Shown here: piece after piece, positions 60,490 through 64,000 of the stretch
Layout of the letters: each line of letters opens with the position of its first letter
How positions within the stretch are numbered: position 1 is the first letter of the stretch
Source: Balanoglossus misakiensis
Lineage: Eukaryota; Animalia; Hemichordata
Direction: 5' to 3'
DNA length: 64,000 nucleotides
Assembly: GCA_040954595.2 (NCBI GenBank)
Contig: CM082583.2
Span: 1,684,925-1,748,924, forward strand
Notes under the pieces: model-generated
Told to the model about the DNA's origin: nothing
Database searches by the model: none
Seen by the model: the letters and a program-made list of their open reading frames with translations, nothing else
Program-made: the position numbers and the translations under genes

Positions 60490-60853
60490 TCATGTTTCAA
60501 ATTATGGCCTTTAGGAAAACGATCTGTTGAGGAACTTCGCCTGTGTTTATATCTTCAACCCTACGGATGAGATTGGTCATTTGACTGCGGTGGCCTCTTC
60601 TCTCTCTCTCCATGCCCGAAATCCTGGTCTCGGCACCAACAAATGTACCGCGTACACTTGGGAATAGGTTCGGAATGAAGAGAGGGGGGCGGGATGGCCA
60701 ATACTTCTTTATAAACAGTGGTTTGAACTGTGACATTTGGTAACACTGCATAATTCAAGAACAATAGCATTTGGTAGTTGTGAAGTTGTGACTTTGTATA
60801 CAGAGTAGAAAGAACAATTGTCTCAGATAAACAATACCAATTCCCAATAAACA
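60490..60853 (-). mobile_element. BEL/Pao-like fragment: short 5' LTR, PBS and start of gag
   Basis: On the minus strand TGT...GTACA (about 60853-60644) is followed by TGGTGCCGAGACCAGGAT (tRNA-His-like PBS) and MERERRGHRSQMTNLIRRV, which resembles BEL gag starts. Confidence 0.55.
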
Positions 60854-61375
60854 ACTAGTGTATGGGCTAACTCAGAGGAGTTGGTAGGCGAAGCCTGTCA
60901 TGAACATTGTGACGCTAAGGCTCCTTAGACAAACCTGTTGCGTCTGCGGTCCAGATCCGTACCAGAGCTTTTCGCCGAAATTCGATTTTATCGGGAGAAT
61001 ATCCTTTCCCTGTCTACTAACCGGTTATAACCGACTCCACGATTGACTTCTTCTAACATCCGAACCGCTCGCTTTCTGAAACTTTTGTGTTTACCCATTG
61101 AGATAACCTCACCGTATTCAATATGGCGATCTCAACAGGTAAACACAAGAGAAAATCAGAAAGCGAGCGGCTCAGAAGTTAATTACATCATATTTGGAGT
61201 CATTTGTGGGTAGACGGGGGGAAGATTCCCCCCGATAAAATCGAATCTCGGCCGAAAAGCTGCTGTCCGGATCCGGATCTCAGACGAATCAGTTTTGTCC
61301 ATGGAGCCTTGCAGAGATGTGGTGGAAGCCATATATTAAACGCCGGGAGAACGCAGACCTGTACGGGGGACTACC

Positions 61376-61760
61376 ATGACCCTGTCAGTGCTTGGAGATA
61401 TCAAGGCTCTCACATTCCCTGAGTGTCTGGAAATTTCCGACCACTGACCCTTGTCAGTGCTTGGAAATTTCCAGGCTCTCACATTCCCTGAGTGTCCGGA
61501 AATTTCCGACCACTGACCCTTGTCAGTGCTTGGAAATTTCTAAGCTCTCACATTCCCTGAGTGTCTGGAAATTTCCGACCACTGACCCTTGTCAGTGCTT
61601 GGAAATTTCCAGGCTCTCACATTCCCTGAGTGTCTGGAAATTTCCGACCACTGACCCTTGTCAGTGCTTGGAAATTTCTAAGCTCTCACATTCCCTGAGT
61701 GTCTGGAAATTTCCGACCACTGACCCTTGTCAGTGCTTGGAAATTTCCAAGCTCTCACAT
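61376..61760 (+). repeat. 69-bp tandem repeat, about 5.5 copies, inverted relative to 60114-60478
   Basis: Reverse complement of the left array. It produces the spurious 23-aa repeat ORF 61392-61814. Confidence 0.92.
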
Positions 61761-62869
61761 GCCACTGACTCTTTTCCAAGTATTTCAGCTGCAAAATATG
61801 GATTTGTCAATTAGCAGTGCTTATTTCCTAAAATTCATACGAAATCCAACGGATTTGTGTGATACGGATATTAATCTAACAATTCTTGTAATAAATATTG
61901 GGTTTCAGATTTACTTTTTGATGCTATTGTTTTTTCTGGCGAAATTTTACAAACAATTCACACACTTGCAAATTTTCAATAAAAATATTACTCATGATAA
62001 ACATGGAGACAAAATTTCATTAGAAAAAAATCAAAAGGACTGTCATGTACGTGGCTTTGAAGGAGACTCAGTTTTTTCACAGATAAATTTTAATTTGAGT
62101 TTAAAGCCAAAATATGACAAAATGCATTTTTCCTGCTGTACAGCTGCAGGAAAGAGACTAAGAATACCTTTATGTAATTTTTTCATTAGAAATTGGCAAA
62201 GAATAAGGAATATTTTCATAAATTTCTAACTTTTTCAGCAGTAATTATGTAAAAAAGAGGTTTTTCGGAAATTGGAAAATGTTTTCTATACTGTTCTGTC
62301 TTCCCTTGACCTCGGAGTGGACACAGCCCTTTCAAAGAAATAACTTATAACCTATGACATGAATATTTAAATAATATCCCATATACACCTGCCTTACGGA
62401 CGAGCCACCATCTTTTCCTCTCGACTTCAAGTGAGTAGCACAGTTCCTGAAGCTCCTGGGTTTTTCTGGGAGCGTTGGTGAGTGTTTTAAACACAGGTAG
62501 GTGTTTGTATTTCATTTTTAGACCGATATGTTATCCCAATTTTTGCCTTGGACGTTGTATATTTTCCTGTTCAGCTTTTTGATGGATGTATTTTTTTTCC
62601 TTTGTCAGTTTTCATACACATGTGTCAACCATTTTGGATTTGTGGAGCACATGTGTGGTGAAATGTTGAGAATTTTTTCTTGCTATTTTTGTCTAATACG
62701 TTTTAGTGTAGGCATGCTTCTGTGTTCTTGCAGAACCATGACTGACTTGCTTGCAGCCGTTGTCGAAGATAGTTCTGCAGACATGAGTGCTAATGACTCT
62801 GTGAATGTTACACCAGGCCAGCATAGTGGGACAGCAAATCGTTCTTCTGTTCCGTAGTCCCAGGTCCTT

Positions 62870-64000
62870 ATGGAGATGGTGTCAGGCCTGGCCAAGTCCG
62901 TCCAACAGTTGACTGAAAATCAGAAGAAATGGTTAGGTCCTGCCAGAGATGGTCGCCGTACCAGTGAAATGGACCTGGAAGCGAACGCAGCGGATGGCAT
63001 TCCCCTTGCTTGCATTGGGGTAGCAGGTCCTTCGGGTGCACACGAGGTGCTTCCTTCATTGAGTGACTGTACCTGTCGCCAAGGCCCAGTTTCTGTGGCC
63101 CCTGAGTCTCTTCGAGACGTTCGTGCACAGGATAAACACGCTGGTCGTGTTAATTTCCTACTGGATGTGGATTCAGACGACTCTTCGGATGTCGAGTCAC
63201 CACCTCATCGCCGTTCATCGTTTCGGAAAGAGAAATCCAGAAGAAAGAAAGGTAAGAAGAAAGACAATAAGTCTAAGGCTTCACTAGTTTCATCAGGCGA
63301 TTCTTCTTCTACTGGAAGTTCAGATTGTGAGTTTGATAACCCACATGACAGAAATACTGGTGTGGAGTTTTCCAAGTCGGTCCGGTCTTGGTTTATACAG
63401 CAACGTACAAATGCTCTAAGTGCAGATGACAAAAAGGAAATGAAGGAACGTTATGAAGTGTCTTCAAAACATGAGAAATTATTCTTATCTCCTGCTCTGC
63501 CTGAAAATCTGGCTACTCATTGGGAGAAGCAACCAGTTACTAAACCTATGATGCAGCAGGACCATAGAATTCGGAAAGCTGCTGATAATTTATTGTTTCC
63601 GTTGTTGGAAATTTTGCAGACGGCTCATGATGGTGTCAATTGATCCACAAATTCTTCTAACTACCATTCAACTTAGTATTACTCTGTTCGGTAGTGCTTT
63701 TCGTGGTCTACAGATAGCAAGACAGAAGGCCTTTGAATCTGTGCTTCCAAATATGTATGCTTCTTTGAAGAAATTGGAACCATCCATGGCTACATTATTT
63801 GGAGATGAGCCACTGAAGGAGGCAAAGAAGGCAAAGCAGGCCCATAACGTTGTGGTTGATATGACCTCTAGGGGTCAAGGGTCAACTGGAAGTGCAGCAG
63901 GCCAGTTCCGCAAACGCCCCATGTCTACCTACAAGTCCAGGTATGGCCAAAGTGGATATGGTAAGCGGTCTCAATACTCCAAGTTTATACAGTATGGTTC
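62870..64000 (+). pseudogene. Gag-like ORF1 of a DIRS-type (tyrosine-recombinase) retrotransposon, frameshifted near 63640, running off the window
   Basis: Low-complexity Ser/Lys N-terminal part, then SPALPENL...QQDHRIRK. After the frameshift comes ITLFGSAFRGLQIARQKAF...ATLFGDE, the helical LFG-ending domain typical of DIRS ORF1. RT and YR domains are not in the window. Confidence 0.55.

Larger units (their letters stand above)
59822..62295. mobile_element. Foldback element (about 2.5 kb) with internal inverted tandem arrays
   Basis: Perfect 34-bp terminal IR (59822-59855 / 62262-62295), inverted 69-bp arrays, and inner IRs (60970-61105 vs 61128-61262) centred near 61115. No TSD evident. Confidence 0.75.

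Noticed and set aside
60075-61814. 23-aa repeat proteins on both strands
   Set aside because: Translation artefacts of a stop-free 69-bp tandem repeat.

Overview
AT-rich eukaryotic DNA made almost entirely of mobile elements and repeats. Spliceosomal GT-AG introns and the LINE, LTR and MITE content suggest a marine invertebrate (inference). No intact host gene, rRNA, tRNA or CRISPR array is seen. The highlight is a complete 6,675-bp DNA transposon (32658-39332). It has CAC...GTG termini, a perfect 4-bp target-site duplication (GGTG) and bipartite, asymmetric RSS-like terminal repeats. It encodes a 10-exon, about 1,038-aa transposase collinear with vertebrate RAG1 (N-terminal Cys/His motifs, RING, Zn finger, DDE core with C2H2 Zn site), with no RAG2 partner. 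It is best classed as a Chapaev/N-RAG-TP-type element, and it carries four small lesions. It lies between two collinear inverted arms of about 9-10 kb (19061-28275 and 43221-53462). The window also contains: an 86-bp satellite of about 94 copies split by a MITE; a non-coding LTR element with two nested LINEs; a truncated Gypsy element whose integrase ends in a PHD finger and is followed by a spliced extra ORF; a 2.5-kb foldback element; a BEL/Pao fragment; the start of a DIRS-like element; and many MITEs. All alignments were done by eye, so boundaries of diverged repeats are approximate.
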